64,000 nucleotides of DNA from Tissierellia bacterium (lineage in GTDB: Bacteria; Bacillota; Clostridia; Tissierellales; Tepidimicrobiaceae). This document shows positions 51,779-61,956 of the stretch, one piece after another. The notes below the pieces were generated by a model. That model saw nothing but the letters and a program-made list of their open reading frames with translations, was not told the DNA's origin and ran no database searches. The DNA lies in NCBI GenBank assembly GCA_012735215.1, contig JAAYHX010000005.1, forward strand, positions 2,017 through 66,016, read 5' to 3'. Positions within the stretch are counted from its first letter, which is position 1. Each line of letters begins with the position of its first letter. A program made the translations under genes and the position numbers.

Positions 51779-52537
51779 TCACATCCATTTGTCCACCTTT
51801 GTAAAATCTATTGCTGCTTTCATAATATAGCTAAGCAGTTTAGATATCAATAGTATTATTATAATCCATGCAAAGACCCCTGCTGTATTTAGGTACATCT
51901 TTTCAATTTGCAAATTGCTTCCTATTGCAAATTTGGGTTGAGACAGGGCTTCTCCAGCTATTACCATTTTAAGATTTGTCGATAGGGCTGAAGTAAATAC
52001 CATACTTAGATTTATAAAAATACTTGGAATATATATATCCTTAATTAGAGTTATCCTCCTTACCTTGTACAGCTTACATATTTCTAAAATCTTCTTGTCC
52101 ACATTTAATATACCTTTTTGTACAGTTTCATATAGGATTGGGAAGATCATTATAAAACCAACAAACATAGGAACTATTTCATTATTTAACCATATAAGGG
52201 CTAAAATAATTATAGCCATAGTTGGCACAGAACCTAAAAAGTTTAATATAGGAATCATTACATTATAAAAAAACTTTGAAATACTAGATAGTATTCCTGT
52301 TAAAACAGCTAAAAATAGAGAAATTAAGAAGCCTATTAGGCTTCTTAACAAAGATGAAGCTATGATACTAATAAAATCTGGAGTTTTAACTATTTCAATT
52401 AAGCTTTTTAATGTACTTCCAAGGGTTGGAAATATGACTTCATTATCTATTATTTCTGATAAGATGACCCACAGCCCCAGTAAAATCAATTTTGAAATAG
52501 TAGAAAGCCTTTTATCTTTCAAAGTAAAATCCCTCAT
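51779..52537 (-). CDS. ABC importer permease (NitT/TauT family)
   Basis: 252 aa. Six-TM BPD_transp_1-like protein. Overlaps the SBP gene by 26 nt. Confidence 0.82.
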   Translation of the reverse strand: MRDFTLKDKRLSTISKLILLGLWVILSEIIDNEVIFPTLGSTLKSLIEIVKTPDFISIIASSLLRSLIGFLISLFLAVLTGILSSISKFFYNVMIPILNFLGSVPTMAIIILALIWLNNEIVPMFVGFIMIFPILYETVQKGILNVDKKILEICKLYKVRRITLIKDIYIPSIFINLSMVFTSALSTNLKMVIAGEALSQPKFAIGSNLQIEKMYLNTAGVFAWIIIILLISKLLSYIMKAAIDFTKVDKWM

Positions 52538-53537
52538 CAGGAAGTTTACCTCCTATGACATTTGGAGCAAAATCCAGCAATACCTTATAATAGGTTTCAT
52601 ATTCCTCTCTCATGTTTTCCACATATAAGGGGCCCATATTCATTCTTTCAATACCCTTTACAACCATATCTTGAGTTATACCAAATTCCAATTCTTCTGC
52701 ATACTGACCAAGTTGTTCAGGATTCTCGCTACTCCATTTCATATTTTCTACGTAGGTTTCAATGAACTTTTCAACAAATTCCTTATTGTTCTCAATCAAA
52801 TCTGCTTTTATGATCAAGCTGGCTTGAGGATATCCCATTTGGATTCCAGTTATTTTACTCCACTCTTCATTAAAATCAAATATAATCTTTGCATCCTCTT
52901 TTTTTGACAAGATATTAGTTACTGCAGGCTCTGATAAAACTGCTAAATTGGTCTTTCCACTGATAAAAGCTGGACCTACTTCTGAAGCAGCATTTAAATA
53001 AGTAATGGATATATCTTTGTCTGGATCAATACCATTTTCTCTTAACACATATTTAAAGACTAAATCTGGTGTTAAGTTCTTGCCAAAAGAGTATATTTCC
53101 TTTCCCTTTAAATCATTAAAAGTATTAATATCTTCAGTGCTCATCATATAGAGGGTTCCCCATACAGATGTACCTACTAATTTATAAGGTATCTCCTTGT
53201 TATAGGCTTGAGCTGCCAAATTGGAAGGCACTATAGCAATATCCGCCTCTCCTTTTAATATTTTAGAAGCCAATAGATCAGGTGTATTCTGGAACTCATA
53301 CTCAATTTCTATATTTTCATCTATAATAGGTTTTTCATATGCAAGTTTTGTTACAGTCAAGGCTGGAACTCCTCCAGGGAAGCAGACCTTAACAGTTTTG
53401 CTCTCCTCTACCTTCTCTTGTCCCTCATTTTCTTCTATTTCTGTACCTGAATTGTCCTCTCCAGGCTCCTCACTTTTAGAACATGCAACAGCAAATATTA
53501 GGATTATGGATAAGAATATGAGCATCTTTCTCTTCAT
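52512..53537 (-). CDS. ABC importer substrate-binding lipoprotein (NMT1/THI5-like)
   Basis: 341 aa. Lipobox FAVAC, acidic linker, NMT1-like periplasmic binding fold. GGAGG RBS. Confidence 0.78.
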   Translation of the reverse strand: MKRKMLIFLSIILIFAVACSKSEEPGEDNSGTEIEENEGQEKVEESKTVKVCFPGGVPALTVTKLAYEKPIIDENIEIEYEFQNTPDLLASKILKGEADIAIVPSNLAAQAYNKEIPYKLVGTSVWGTLYMMSTEDINTFNDLKGKEIYSFGKNLTPDLVFKYVLRENGIDPDKDISITYLNAASEVGPAFISGKTNLAVLSEPAVTNILSKKEDAKIIFDFNEEWSKITGIQMGYPQASLIIKADLIENNKEFVEKFIETYVENMKWSSENPEQLGQYAEELEFGITQDMVVKGIERMNMGPLYVENMREEYETYYKVLLDFAPNVIGGKLPDEGFYFER

Positions 53538-53613
53538 TGTATATACCTCCTAACATCTTAATGCCTCTAAGTAATAATCACACTTAGAGGCATGTTTGAT
53601 TTATCTACTTATT

Positions 53614-55407
53614 CTATTCGTAAGCTAATTGTTTACCATATCTATAAGGCTTTCCTTCTTTATCGGTAACTTTTTCACTTTCTTCATATAATGCCCATTC
53701 ATTTTGATCTGTGTGAAGTAATTCATGGGATATATGAGATAGTGGTTCTCCTAAGAAGTCCTCATAACATTTAATTACAGAAGGATTTTCATGGGAGAAT
53801 CTAATATTACTGATTTCATCTAATCCGTATAACACTTCTCCCCTTACATAGGCCAATTGCTTTCCTTCCTCAATAGGCTGGCCTCCTCCACCAGCACAGC
53901 CGCCAGGACAAGCCATTATTTCTATGAAGTCATAGTCTACGCTTCCTTTTCTAACTGCTTCAACTAATTTTCTAGCATTTCCTAAACCGCTTGCTATAGC
54001 TACCTTTACAGTTGTACCGTCTATATCGAAGGAAGCTTCTCTCCATCCTTCTTTACCCCTTACATCCTTAAAGGCGTCTGGATCAGGATTTTCCTTTGTA
54101 ACTAGGTAATAAGCACTTCTTAAGGCTGCCTCCATTACTCCTCCTGTTACTCCAAATATTACACCAGCACCAGAACTTACTCCTAATGGTTTATCAAATT
54201 CCTCTTCTTCTAGGGTAGCCACATCAATATGTTCTGCTTTTATTATCCTATCTATTTCTCTAGTTGTCAATACAACATCTACATCACGACCTGTTCCAGC
54301 ATCGTTCATTACAGACAGACTAGCTTCATACTTCTTAGCCGTACAGGGCATTATGGATACACAGAATATCTTTGATGGATCAACATTTAGCAACTGGGCA
54401 TAATAGGTCTTTGTAATAGCGCCAAACATCTGCTGTGGGGATTTGGCTGTTGATAAGTGATCTACCATGTCAGGATATTGGGTCTTCATGAAACGTACCC
54501 AGCCTGGACAGCAAGAGGTAAACATTGGGAATTTTGAAGTTGCCCTGTTATTTAATCTCTCTAGAAATTCACTGCCTTCCTCCATTATAGTTAAGTCTGC
54601 TGCAAAATTGGTATCGAATATATAATCAAAACCTATCCTTCTAAGGGCAGCTACCAGCCTTTTAACTGTTGCAACTTCTCTGCTTATGCCCAAGCTTTCT
54701 CCCCAGGATGCCCTCACTGCAGGAGCTACTTGAACTACAGTTATCATCTCTTCGTCAGCTAAGGCATCGAATACCTTTTGGGTGTCGTCCCTTTCCCTTA
54801 AGGCCCCCACAGGACAGTGGGTTATACATTGGCCGCAAAGGGCACAATCAGATTCTTCTATTCTTCTGTTTAAGGTCACATCAACAGTAGTTCTTGAACC
54901 AGTATTAGCAACATCCCAAATATGCATATCCTGTACTTTATCACACACTTGCACGCATCTCATACACTTTATACACTTTTCATAGTTTCTAACCAAGGGG
55001 AAACCTTCAGTCCATTCTGCCCTTGGTAACTCAATAGGATAGTGTATGTCTATTATGCCTAAATCATTTGCTATTTGCTGTAAGCTACAGTTTCCACTTC
55101 TTACACATGTTGCACACCTGGCATCATGTTGGGAGAGAATCAACTCTACATTAGTCTTTCTAGCTTCACGAACTTTAGGACTGTTAGTGTATACAACCAT
55201 TCCATCATGAACAACATTGTTACAAGCAGTTACCAATCTATTAATTCCTTCAATTTCTACTACACATACTCTACAAGCTCCTATTTCATTTAATTCTTTA
55301 ACATAACACAATCTAGGTATGGATATATTGATCTTTTCAGCTGCTTCTAAAATGGTCGTTCCTTCAGGAACCTGAACCTTAATATTATCTATGATCAAGT
55401 TTACCAT
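53614..55407 (-). CDS. hydA: [FeFe]-hydrogenase catalytic subunit (M3 architecture)
   Basis: N-terminal 2Fe-2S ferredoxin-like domain, His-ligated cluster, and 2x[4Fe-4S]. H-cluster motifs TSCCPGW, MPCTAKK, EIMACPGGCAGGGGQP. The start overlaps the upstream gene by 7 nt. Confidence 0.93.
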   Translation of the reverse strand: MVNLIIDNIKVQVPEGTTILEAAEKINISIPRLCYVKELNEIGACRVCVVEIEGINRLVTACNNVVHDGMVVYTNSPKVREARKTNVELILSQHDARCATCVRSGNCSLQQIANDLGIIDIHYPIELPRAEWTEGFPLVRNYEKCIKCMRCVQVCDKVQDMHIWDVANTGSRTTVDVTLNRRIEESDCALCGQCITHCPVGALRERDDTQKVFDALADEEMITVVQVAPAVRASWGESLGISREVATVKRLVAALRRIGFDYIFDTNFAADLTIMEEGSEFLERLNNRATSKFPMFTSCCPGWVRFMKTQYPDMVDHLSTAKSPQQMFGAITKTYYAQLLNVDPSKIFCVSIMPCTAKKYEASLSVMNDAGTGRDVDVVLTTREIDRIIKAEHIDVATLEEEEFDKPLGVSSGAGVIFGVTGGVMEAALRSAYYLVTKENPDPDAFKDVRGKEGWREASFDIDGTTVKVAIASGLGNARKLVEAVRKGSVDYDFIEIMACPGGCAGGGGQPIEEGKQLAYVRGEVLYGLDEISNIRFSHENPSVIKCYEDFLGEPLSHISHELLHTDQNEWALYEESEKVTDKEGKPYRYGKQLAYE

Positions 55408-57233
55408 TTTTCGACTCTCCCTCCTTTAAATACGCCAAAGCCGAAATGATCACATCTTAGGCATCTGCGAGATTCTTGATCTGCTTCTTCCCTGGTCATT
55501 CCTATTTCTATTAAGTCAAAATCCTTTATTCTATCATAGGAGTCTCTCTCTTTCATGTTAACACGTCCACAGGGCAGCCTATCGGATAGGCGTGGATTTG
55601 GAATAGTCACATCAGTTGCTATAATATGATTGTAACCTAAGTACTCATCTATATTAGCAGCTGCTACCTTACCTGCTGCAATAGCACGGATTACTGTAGC
55701 AGGTCCTGATACACAATCTCCACCGGAATATATACCTGGTATATTCTTAACAGCAGTTGTATCTAGGGCATCAATTACCCCTTGAGTTACTGGAATTCCT
55801 TCTTTCTCAAAATCTCTAGATTCGATACCTTGTCCTATGGCACTTATTACTATATCGCATTCTATTCTTTCAATATCTCTATTAGCTTTTACAGGCTTTG
55901 GTCTTCCCCCTTTGATTGGCCCAACAATTTGTGACTGAACCCACAATGCTTTAACTCGGTTTTCTTCATCCTTTTCAACCTTCACTGGAGTATATAAGTC
56001 AAGTATTTCTATTCCTTCAGCAATGGCTCCTTCAATTTCTTCCTTCATAGCAGGCATATCCACCTTACGCCTTCGGTATACAATAGTAACCTTTTCCGCT
56101 CCTAGACGAACCACTGAACGTGCCGCATCTATGGCAACATTTCCACCACCTACTACAACTACATTTTTGCCTTTAAAATCTGGATACTTTTCATCGCCTA
56201 TTTCTCTTAGTAAGTCAACGGCTGATATAACTCCCTCTGCCTCTTGCCCTTCAACTCCCATCATCTTACCAAAGTGAGCACCTATAGCAATATAAATAGC
56301 ATCAAATTGATCTCTTAATTGGTTTATAGATATGTCATTTCCAACTGCAACTCCTGTATGAACCTTGATACCAGTAGAAAGAATTGTATCTATTTCCCTG
56401 TCTAATATATGTCTTGGAAGTCTGTAGTTTGGTATTCCGTATCTTAACATTCCACCAAGTTTCTTTCTCTTTTCAAAGATCTCTACATCATGCCCCATAA
56501 TTGATAGATAATATGCCGCACTTAATCCACTTGGTCCTCCTCCAACTATTGCTACCTTCTTTCCAGTGGAATCAGCCTTCTTTTCAGGTAGTATATTCTC
56601 TGCATTATCTACAGCAAACCTCTTTAGCCCCCTTATATTTATAGCGTCATCGATCATATTCCTTCTACATCTGTTCTCACAAGGATGCTCGCAAACATAA
56701 GCACATACGGCTGGTAATGGATTATCCTTCATTATTAGCCTAACCGCATCATCATATCTGCCTTCAGATATTAAAGCTATGTATCCAGGAATATCCACTC
56801 CAGCTGGACAAAGGGATACACAAGGAACTGGTTGATATAATTGGAAGGTACACCTATGACGTAGGATATGCTCCTCATAATCATCCCTAAATCCTTCTAT
56901 GCCCTTCAAAACCATATTTGCAGCTTCATATCCTATAGCACAATCTGCTGTATAGTAGATGGTTTTTGCTGTTTTTTCAATTAAGTCGATGGTTTCTAAG
57001 GTTGCATCTCCGTCCAAAACATCTTCCAATAGGTTCTGTAGTTGTCCTAATCCTATTCTACAAGGAACACATTTACCACAGGTTTGAGCATGTCACATCT
57101 TTAAAAAGGATGAAGCCAGGTCAATGGGACATAAGCCTGGTGGACTAGCAACTATATGTCTCTCTAAGTCCTTATATAGAACTTCAACAGTTGCTTGGGC
57201 CTTGTCCTTTGTAATAATACTAAGCCTACTCAT
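55401..57233 (-). CDS. NuoF-type [4Fe-4S] + GltD-like NAD(P)H oxidoreductase (hydrogenase partner) with in-frame TGA at 57093-57095: candidate selenoprotein, otherwise pseudogene
   Basis: Track ORFs 57093..57326 and 55401..57029 are in the same frame and are separated by one TGA. The joined product is MSRLSIITKDKAQATVEVLYKDLERHIVASPPGLCPIDLASSFLKM-[TGA]-HAQTCGKCVPCRIGLGQLQNLLEDVLDG..., 610 codons with TGA as codon 47. ATG 57233 follows an AAAGGAG RBS. There is no RBS before the TTG at 57029. The GltD-like part has Cys clusters and two Rossmann motifs, GGGPSG and GGGNVA. Confidence 0.6.
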
Positions 57234-57509
57234 AATACATATACTCCTTTCTTTTAAAATGTTTAGCGGGACTAAAATGTGATTAAGACATACAATAAGG
57301 ATTGTTATAAAATTAACATTTTTCATATAATATTAAATCTGTTACTAGATTAGTGTTGGGAATATTACTGATGATTGCTCATGTAGAAATGTAGTAGAAA
57401 GTGTGGTTTTTACAGGATATTTGTAGAATATTTTTCCGATATTTGCATTTTTTGTTATCCACTTAGTTATATTATATCATAGGTTAATTTATTATCAAAT
57501 ATTTTTGCC

Positions 57510-57560
57510 TAAAAAGAAAGAGGCCTTGAATCCCAATTATAACAGATTCAAGGCCTCTTT
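57510..57560 (-). terminator. intrinsic terminator after the permease gene
   Basis: Perfect 16-bp stem AAAGAGGCCTTGAATC/GATTCAAGGCCTCTTT with a 12-nt loop. CUUUUU follows on the minus strand. Confidence 0.85.
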
Positions 57561-57568
57561 CACTTTTC

Positions 57569-58960
57569 TCATATTAAAAATATTGACACTATTGTAGTGA
57601 CTACTAATCCTATTACAACAGGTATGAAATTCCTACTGGTTAATTCAAAGGGATTAACTTTGCAAATAGCAGCAGCTGGTATAACAGCCCAAGGAATCAA
57701 AGTACCTCCTCCTACCCAAATGGCAGCCAGCTGCCCTAAGGCTGTTAAGGTTGCTATACCTTTGCCTATGGCAATAGAGAATAATCTAGCCACAGACCCT
57801 GCTAATGAAATACCTGAAAATCCAGAACCATCTAATCCAGTTATGGCTCCTACAGATGTTAATGTTACAGAAGCAATAGTTTCATTTACAGGCACTGCAT
57901 TGGCTAATGCAAGTCCTAAATCATTAACTATGTCCTGAGATCCTGCTGGCAAATAATCTCCTATAACACTTGTAAAACCTTCTCCTCCTAGGTAGAAAAA
58001 AGCAGCTATTGGGATTATGGGTCCAAAGATTTGGAACCCAAATTTCAATCCTTCAACTATATGAGAAGTTATCTGTTCTAAAGCCTTATTCCGGTAAGCT
58101 GATATAGATACCAATATCAGTATGACAACAGCAGTTCCACCGATTAAGGCTGTTGCATCCCCACCTTGCAATTTTGCTACTAACATGACCATCACATCTA
58201 TTAAAAACAGAATAGGGATCAATATGGAATAGATTCTCTTTGTCCTTTCTTGTAAAACTACCTGTTCTTCTTTTTCAACTACGTTTATATCTTCTAGCTT
58301 TTCAGCCTTTAATTTACCGCTTTTTAGATCCTTCATCAAAAATATGAAGGCTGTTACAGTTGTTACAAGTCCCATAACAATTACTAAGGGTATGCTAGCA
58401 GATATGACTTCTGCTACAGGTATACCCGCAGCATCTCCTGTAAGCTTAGGAGCCCCTTGGATAATAAAATCTCCAGATAGGGCAATACCATGACCAAATA
58501 GATTCATAGCCATAGCTACTCCTATTGCTGGCAATCCTACATCTAATGCCACTGGCAGCATAACTGCCCCAACCAAGGCCACTGCCGGTGATGGCCAGAA
58601 GAACCATGAAATCACCATCATCAATAAGCCTATTATCCAATAGGCCAGAGCTGGACTCTTGATAAACCTAGTAAAAGGGGAGATCATCATCTGGCTTATG
58701 CCTGTCTTTTTGAGGATGGAACTCATACCTACTATAATGGATATTATCAAGATGGTTCCTAACAACTCCACTATTGCATATATGAAGCTGTTGAATATAA
58801 CCATGACAGAAGCATGAAGGGAATTGGTTGCAATAATGGCAAGAGTAAATATACCCAGCACGCATATTAGGGTGGTGTCTCGTTTAGCTATCATAAATCC
58901 TAATATCAGCAATGTAAAGGTCAAATATACCCAGTGGAGTCCAACTAACTCAACGGTCAT
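57569..58960 (-). CDS. polytopic membrane permease of unknown substrate (ion-transporter-superfamily-like)
   Basis: 463 aa, about 12 predicted TM segments with a central hydrophilic loop. I cannot assign a family by eye. It has its own terminator and lies downstream of the gcv-lpd operon. Confidence 0.6.
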   Translation of the reverse strand: MTVELVGLHWVYLTFTLLILGFMIAKRDTTLICVLGIFTLAIIATNSLHASVMVIFNSFIYAIVELLGTILIISIIVGMSSILKKTGISQMMISPFTRFIKSPALAYWIIGLLMMVISWFFWPSPAVALVGAVMLPVALDVGLPAIGVAMAMNLFGHGIALSGDFIIQGAPKLTGDAAGIPVAEVISASIPLVIVMGLVTTVTAFIFLMKDLKSGKLKAEKLEDINVVEKEEQVVLQERTKRIYSILIPILFLIDVMVMLVAKLQGGDATALIGGTAVVILILVSISAYRNKALEQITSHIVEGLKFGFQIFGPIIPIAAFFYLGGEGFTSVIGDYLPAGSQDIVNDLGLALANAVPVNETIASVTLTSVGAITGLDGSGFSGISLAGSVARLFSIAIGKGIATLTALGQLAAIWVGGGTLIPWAVIPAAAICKVNPFELTSRNFIPVVIGLVVTTIVSIFLI

Positions 58961-59046
58961 AAAATTACCTCCTTACATAAATCGTCTATACTATTTAGAT
59001 ATGCAAGAAGGTAATATTGGTTAATAAAATTTCTAAAGCCTCTACT

Positions 59047-59077
59047 AAAATAAAAAGGAGCAGACATAATGTCTGCT
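59047..59077 (-). terminator. intrinsic terminator after lpd
   Basis: Stem AGCAGACA/TGTCTGCT with a 3-nt loop, overlapping the stop codon. CCUUUUUAUUUU follows on the minus strand. Confidence 0.75.
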
Positions 59078-60488
59078 ACCTTCTGCCTTTCTTAGGAGCT
59101 ATATGTATAGCTTTATTCTCAAGACCGTGAACAGCTTCCATAAAAGCTTCACTAAGGGTTGGATGGGCATGAATCGTTCTTGCTATGCTATCTACACCCA
59201 ATCCATTAGCTATAGCCAATGCTCCTTCATGTATTAAATCGTTAGCGTGTGGGCCTACAATCATAATACCTATAATCTTATTGTCATCCTTTGTAGAAAA
59301 CACTTTGACAAAGCCATCAGGCTCTCCAAGGGAAAGGGCTTTACCATTAGCTGCAAACATGAACTTGCTTACATTGCAGTCTATTCCTTTTTCTTTAATC
59401 TCTTCTTCTGTCATACCCACATAGGCAACTTCAGGGAATGAGAACACACAGTTGGGAATAACATCAAAATTGATGTCTGGTTCAATACCCATTAGCTTTT
59501 CCATTACATATATGCCTTGATTTGAGGCCACATGAGCCAGCTGCAATCCTACATCATTTACATCCCCTATGGCGTATATACCCTGGACTGTAGTCTCGAA
59601 GTTCTCGTCAACTTTTATTCCCCTATCATCATACTCTATGCCTAGGGCAGCCAGGTTCAAACCCTCGGTAACAGGGCCCCTCCCTGAGGCAATCAATACC
59701 TTATCACCAACTACCTCGATTTCCTCATCCTTCTTTTTATATCTGGCAATAACCTTTAGCTTATTCCCTTCTTTAACTATCTCCTTAGCTCTTATGTCAA
59801 CATAAACTTCCATGCCTCTTTTTTTGAAAAACAGCGGTAGCCTAACAGCTACTTCCCTATCTATATTCTTTAGTATTCTGGAAGCGAGCAGTATTACCTT
59901 TGAACCTAATTCTTGATAAATGCTAGCAAACTCTAATCCAATGACTCCCCCACCAATTACTATAAGTGTTTCTGGGATTTCTTCCAATTCTAAAAGCTCA
60001 TCGCTAGTTATTACCCCTTCCAGATCTACACCCTTGGTTTCAGTCATCACTGCCTTTGAGCCTGTAGCAATGACTATGTTATCCACTTGAATTTCACGAC
60101 TGCCTCCATCCTTCAAATCTACAACCACAGTTCTTCTATCCTTTAATCTCCCTATACCCCTTATTAATTCAATATTCTTATAAGATGATATTAGCTGCTC
60201 AATACCCTTAACCAGTTGAGCAACTACTTTTTCCTTTCTTTCCTTTAAGGCCTTTCCGTCTAATCTGTAATTATCCACATGGATTCCATATTCTTGGGAC
60301 TTTTTCAAAGTATACATAATCTCTGCATTCTTGAAATAGGTTTTAGTGGGGATACAGCCTCGATTGAGGCATGTTCCCCCTATATCCCTATCCTCTATAA
60401 GATAAATGTTTGCCCCTAATTGGGCCCCTCTAATAGCAGCCTCATATCCTCCTGGGCCAGCACCGATTACTGCAATACTCTTTGCCAA
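59076..60488 (-). CDS. lpdA: dihydrolipoyl dehydrogenase (L-protein)
   Basis: 470 aa. FAD motif GAGPGGY, redox disulfide GGTCLNRGCIPTK, C-terminal HAHPTLSE. Confidence 0.92.
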   Translation of the reverse strand: MAKSIAVIGAGPGGYEAAIRGAQLGANIYLIEDRDIGGTCLNRGCIPTKTYFKNAEIMYTLKKSQEYGIHVDNYRLDGKALKERKEKVVAQLVKGIEQLISSYKNIELIRGIGRLKDRRTVVVDLKDGGSREIQVDNIVIATGSKAVMTETKGVDLEGVITSDELLELEEIPETLIVIGGGVIGLEFASIYQELGSKVILLASRILKNIDREVAVRLPLFFKKRGMEVYVDIRAKEIVKEGNKLKVIARYKKKDEEIEVVGDKVLIASGRGPVTEGLNLAALGIEYDDRGIKVDENFETTVQGIYAIGDVNDVGLQLAHVASNQGIYVMEKLMGIEPDINFDVIPNCVFSFPEVAYVGMTEEEIKEKGIDCNVSKFMFAANGKALSLGEPDGFVKVFSTKDDNKIIGIMIVGPHANDLIHEGALAIANGLGVDSIARTIHAHPTLSEAFMEAVHGLENKAIHIAPKKGRR

Positions 60489-60498
60489 TTAGTTACAC

Positions 60499-61956
60499 CT
60501 ACCCTTCATACTTTAGTACAGGCTTCCTTGCTGCTGTAGTCTCATCCAATCTTTTAACTGGTGTATTGTGTGGAGCTTCTTTTAACAGTTCTGGCTGGTT
60601 CTTTGCTTCTTCTGCTATTTTGATTAAGATATCAGCAAACTCATCTAGAGTCTCCTTGCTCTCACTTTCTGTTGGTTCAGTCATCAATGCCTCATGAACA
60701 ATAAGTGGGAAGTAGATTGTTGGTGGATGATATCCGTAGTCAAGCAATCTCTTTGCTACATCCAATGTAGTCACTTCTGATAGGTCTGATTTAATTAGGC
60801 CTGCCATTACAAACTCGTGCTTATATATTGTATCCTTTGCTAAATTATAATGAGCCTTTAATTTGCTTGCTAGGTAGTTAGCATTGAGTACTGCCATGTC
60901 ACTTATTCTATTTAATCCATCTTTACCCATGGTTAGTATATAGGTATAAGCCCTAACCAATATACCAAAATGGCCATAGAAATCCTTCATTCTTCCTACA
61001 GAATGTGGTATATCATAGTTTAGATAGTATCTATCTCCATCCTTTTCAACTGTAGGAGTTGGCAGGTAATCCATAAGTATCTTCTTAACTCCTACAGGTC
61101 CACTACCTGGGCCCCCGCCGCCATGAGGTGTAGAGAAGGTCTTGTGCAGATTAAAGTGTACTACATCAAACCCCATATCTCCTGGTCTTACCTTGCCTAA
61201 TATGGCATTGGCATTTGCACCGTCATAGTACAATAATCCACCAGCTTCATGGACTAATTCAGCTATTTCCACTATTTCCCTTTCAAAGAGCCCTAGTGTA
61301 TTTGGATTGGTTAACATTAGTCCTGCCACTTCATCATTTAAAGCTGCCTTTAAGCTTTCTACATCCACTAATCCTTCTTCGGTGGATTTGATCTCAATTA
61401 TGTCAAAACCTGCTACCTTTGCAGAGGCAGGGTTGGTACCATGAGCAGAGTCAGGAACTATTATCTTAGTCCTCTTAGTGTCTCCTCGGTTTTCATGGTA
61501 AGCCTTTATCAAAGCTAAGCCTGTAAGCTCACCATGAGCTCCAGCTGCTGGCTGTAATGTCATCTTATCCATTCCCGATATTTCACATAAGGCTTGATCT
61601 AATTCATACATCAGCCTTAATGCACCTTGTACTGTTTCTTCTGGTTGAAGGGGATGGATATTCTTAAATCCATCAAGTCCAGCCATATCTTCATTTATCT
61701 TAGGATTGTATTTCATAGTACAGGAACCTAAGGGGTAAAAACCTGTATCTACTCCATAGTTTAGATTTGCAAGATTAGTATAGTGTCTAATTATATCCAC
61801 TTCACTAACTTCTGGTAGGTCTAGCTCCTCATCACTTAAATATTCACTAGGAATTATTTCACCTAGTTTTACTTCCTCTACATCTAGTTTGGGTAGTTTA
61901 TATGCCTTTCTGCCGGGTCTGGATAACTCAAATACTAGCTTATTATACTTTCTCAT
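60499..61956 (-). CDS. gcvPB: glycine dehydrogenase (decarboxylating) subunit 2
   Basis: 485 aa. PLP-Lys motif [16 protein letters not shown]. Confidence 0.95.
   Translation of the reverse strand: MRKYNKLVFELSRPGRKAYKLPKLDVEEVKLGEIIPSEYLSDEELDLPEVSEVDIIRHYTNLANLNYGVDTGFYPLGSCTMKYNPKINEDMAGLDGFKNIHPLQPEETVQGALRLMYELDQALCEISGMDKMTLQPAAGAHGELTGLALIKAYHENRGDTKRTKIIVPDSAHGTNPASAKVAGFDIIEIKSTEEGLVDVESLKAALNDEVAGLMLTNPNTLGLFEREIVEIAELVHEAGGLLYYDGANANAILGKVRPGDMGFDVVHFNLHKTFSTPHGGGGPGSGPVGVKKILMDYLPTPTVEKDGDRYYLNYDIPHSVGRMKDFYGHFGILVRAYTYILTMGKDGLNRISDMAVLNANYLASKLKAHYNLAKDTIYKHEFVMAGLIKSDLSEVTTLDVAKRLLDYGYHPPTIYFPLIVHEALMTEPTESESKETLDEFADILIKIAEEAKNQPELLKEAPHNTPVKRLDETTAARKPVLKYEG

Noticed and set aside
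55401-57326. The track lists two separate genes here (57093..57326, 77 aa; 55401..57029, 542 aa).
   Set aside because: They share one frame across a single TGA. The first 31 codons of the 77-aa ORF precede the real RBS and ATG (57233). The 542-aa ORF would start at a TTG with no Shine-Dalgarno, in the middle of a NuoF-type Fe-S domain. I treat them as one gene, either Sec-containing or a pseudogene.
57382-57429. Three copies of GTAGAA(A/T) (57383, 57394, 57423) upstream of the hydrogenase operon, two of them 11 bp apart. This could be a response-regulator site.
   Set aside because: It is a 6-7-mer repeat in AT-rich DNA, which I cannot distinguish from chance without comparative data.
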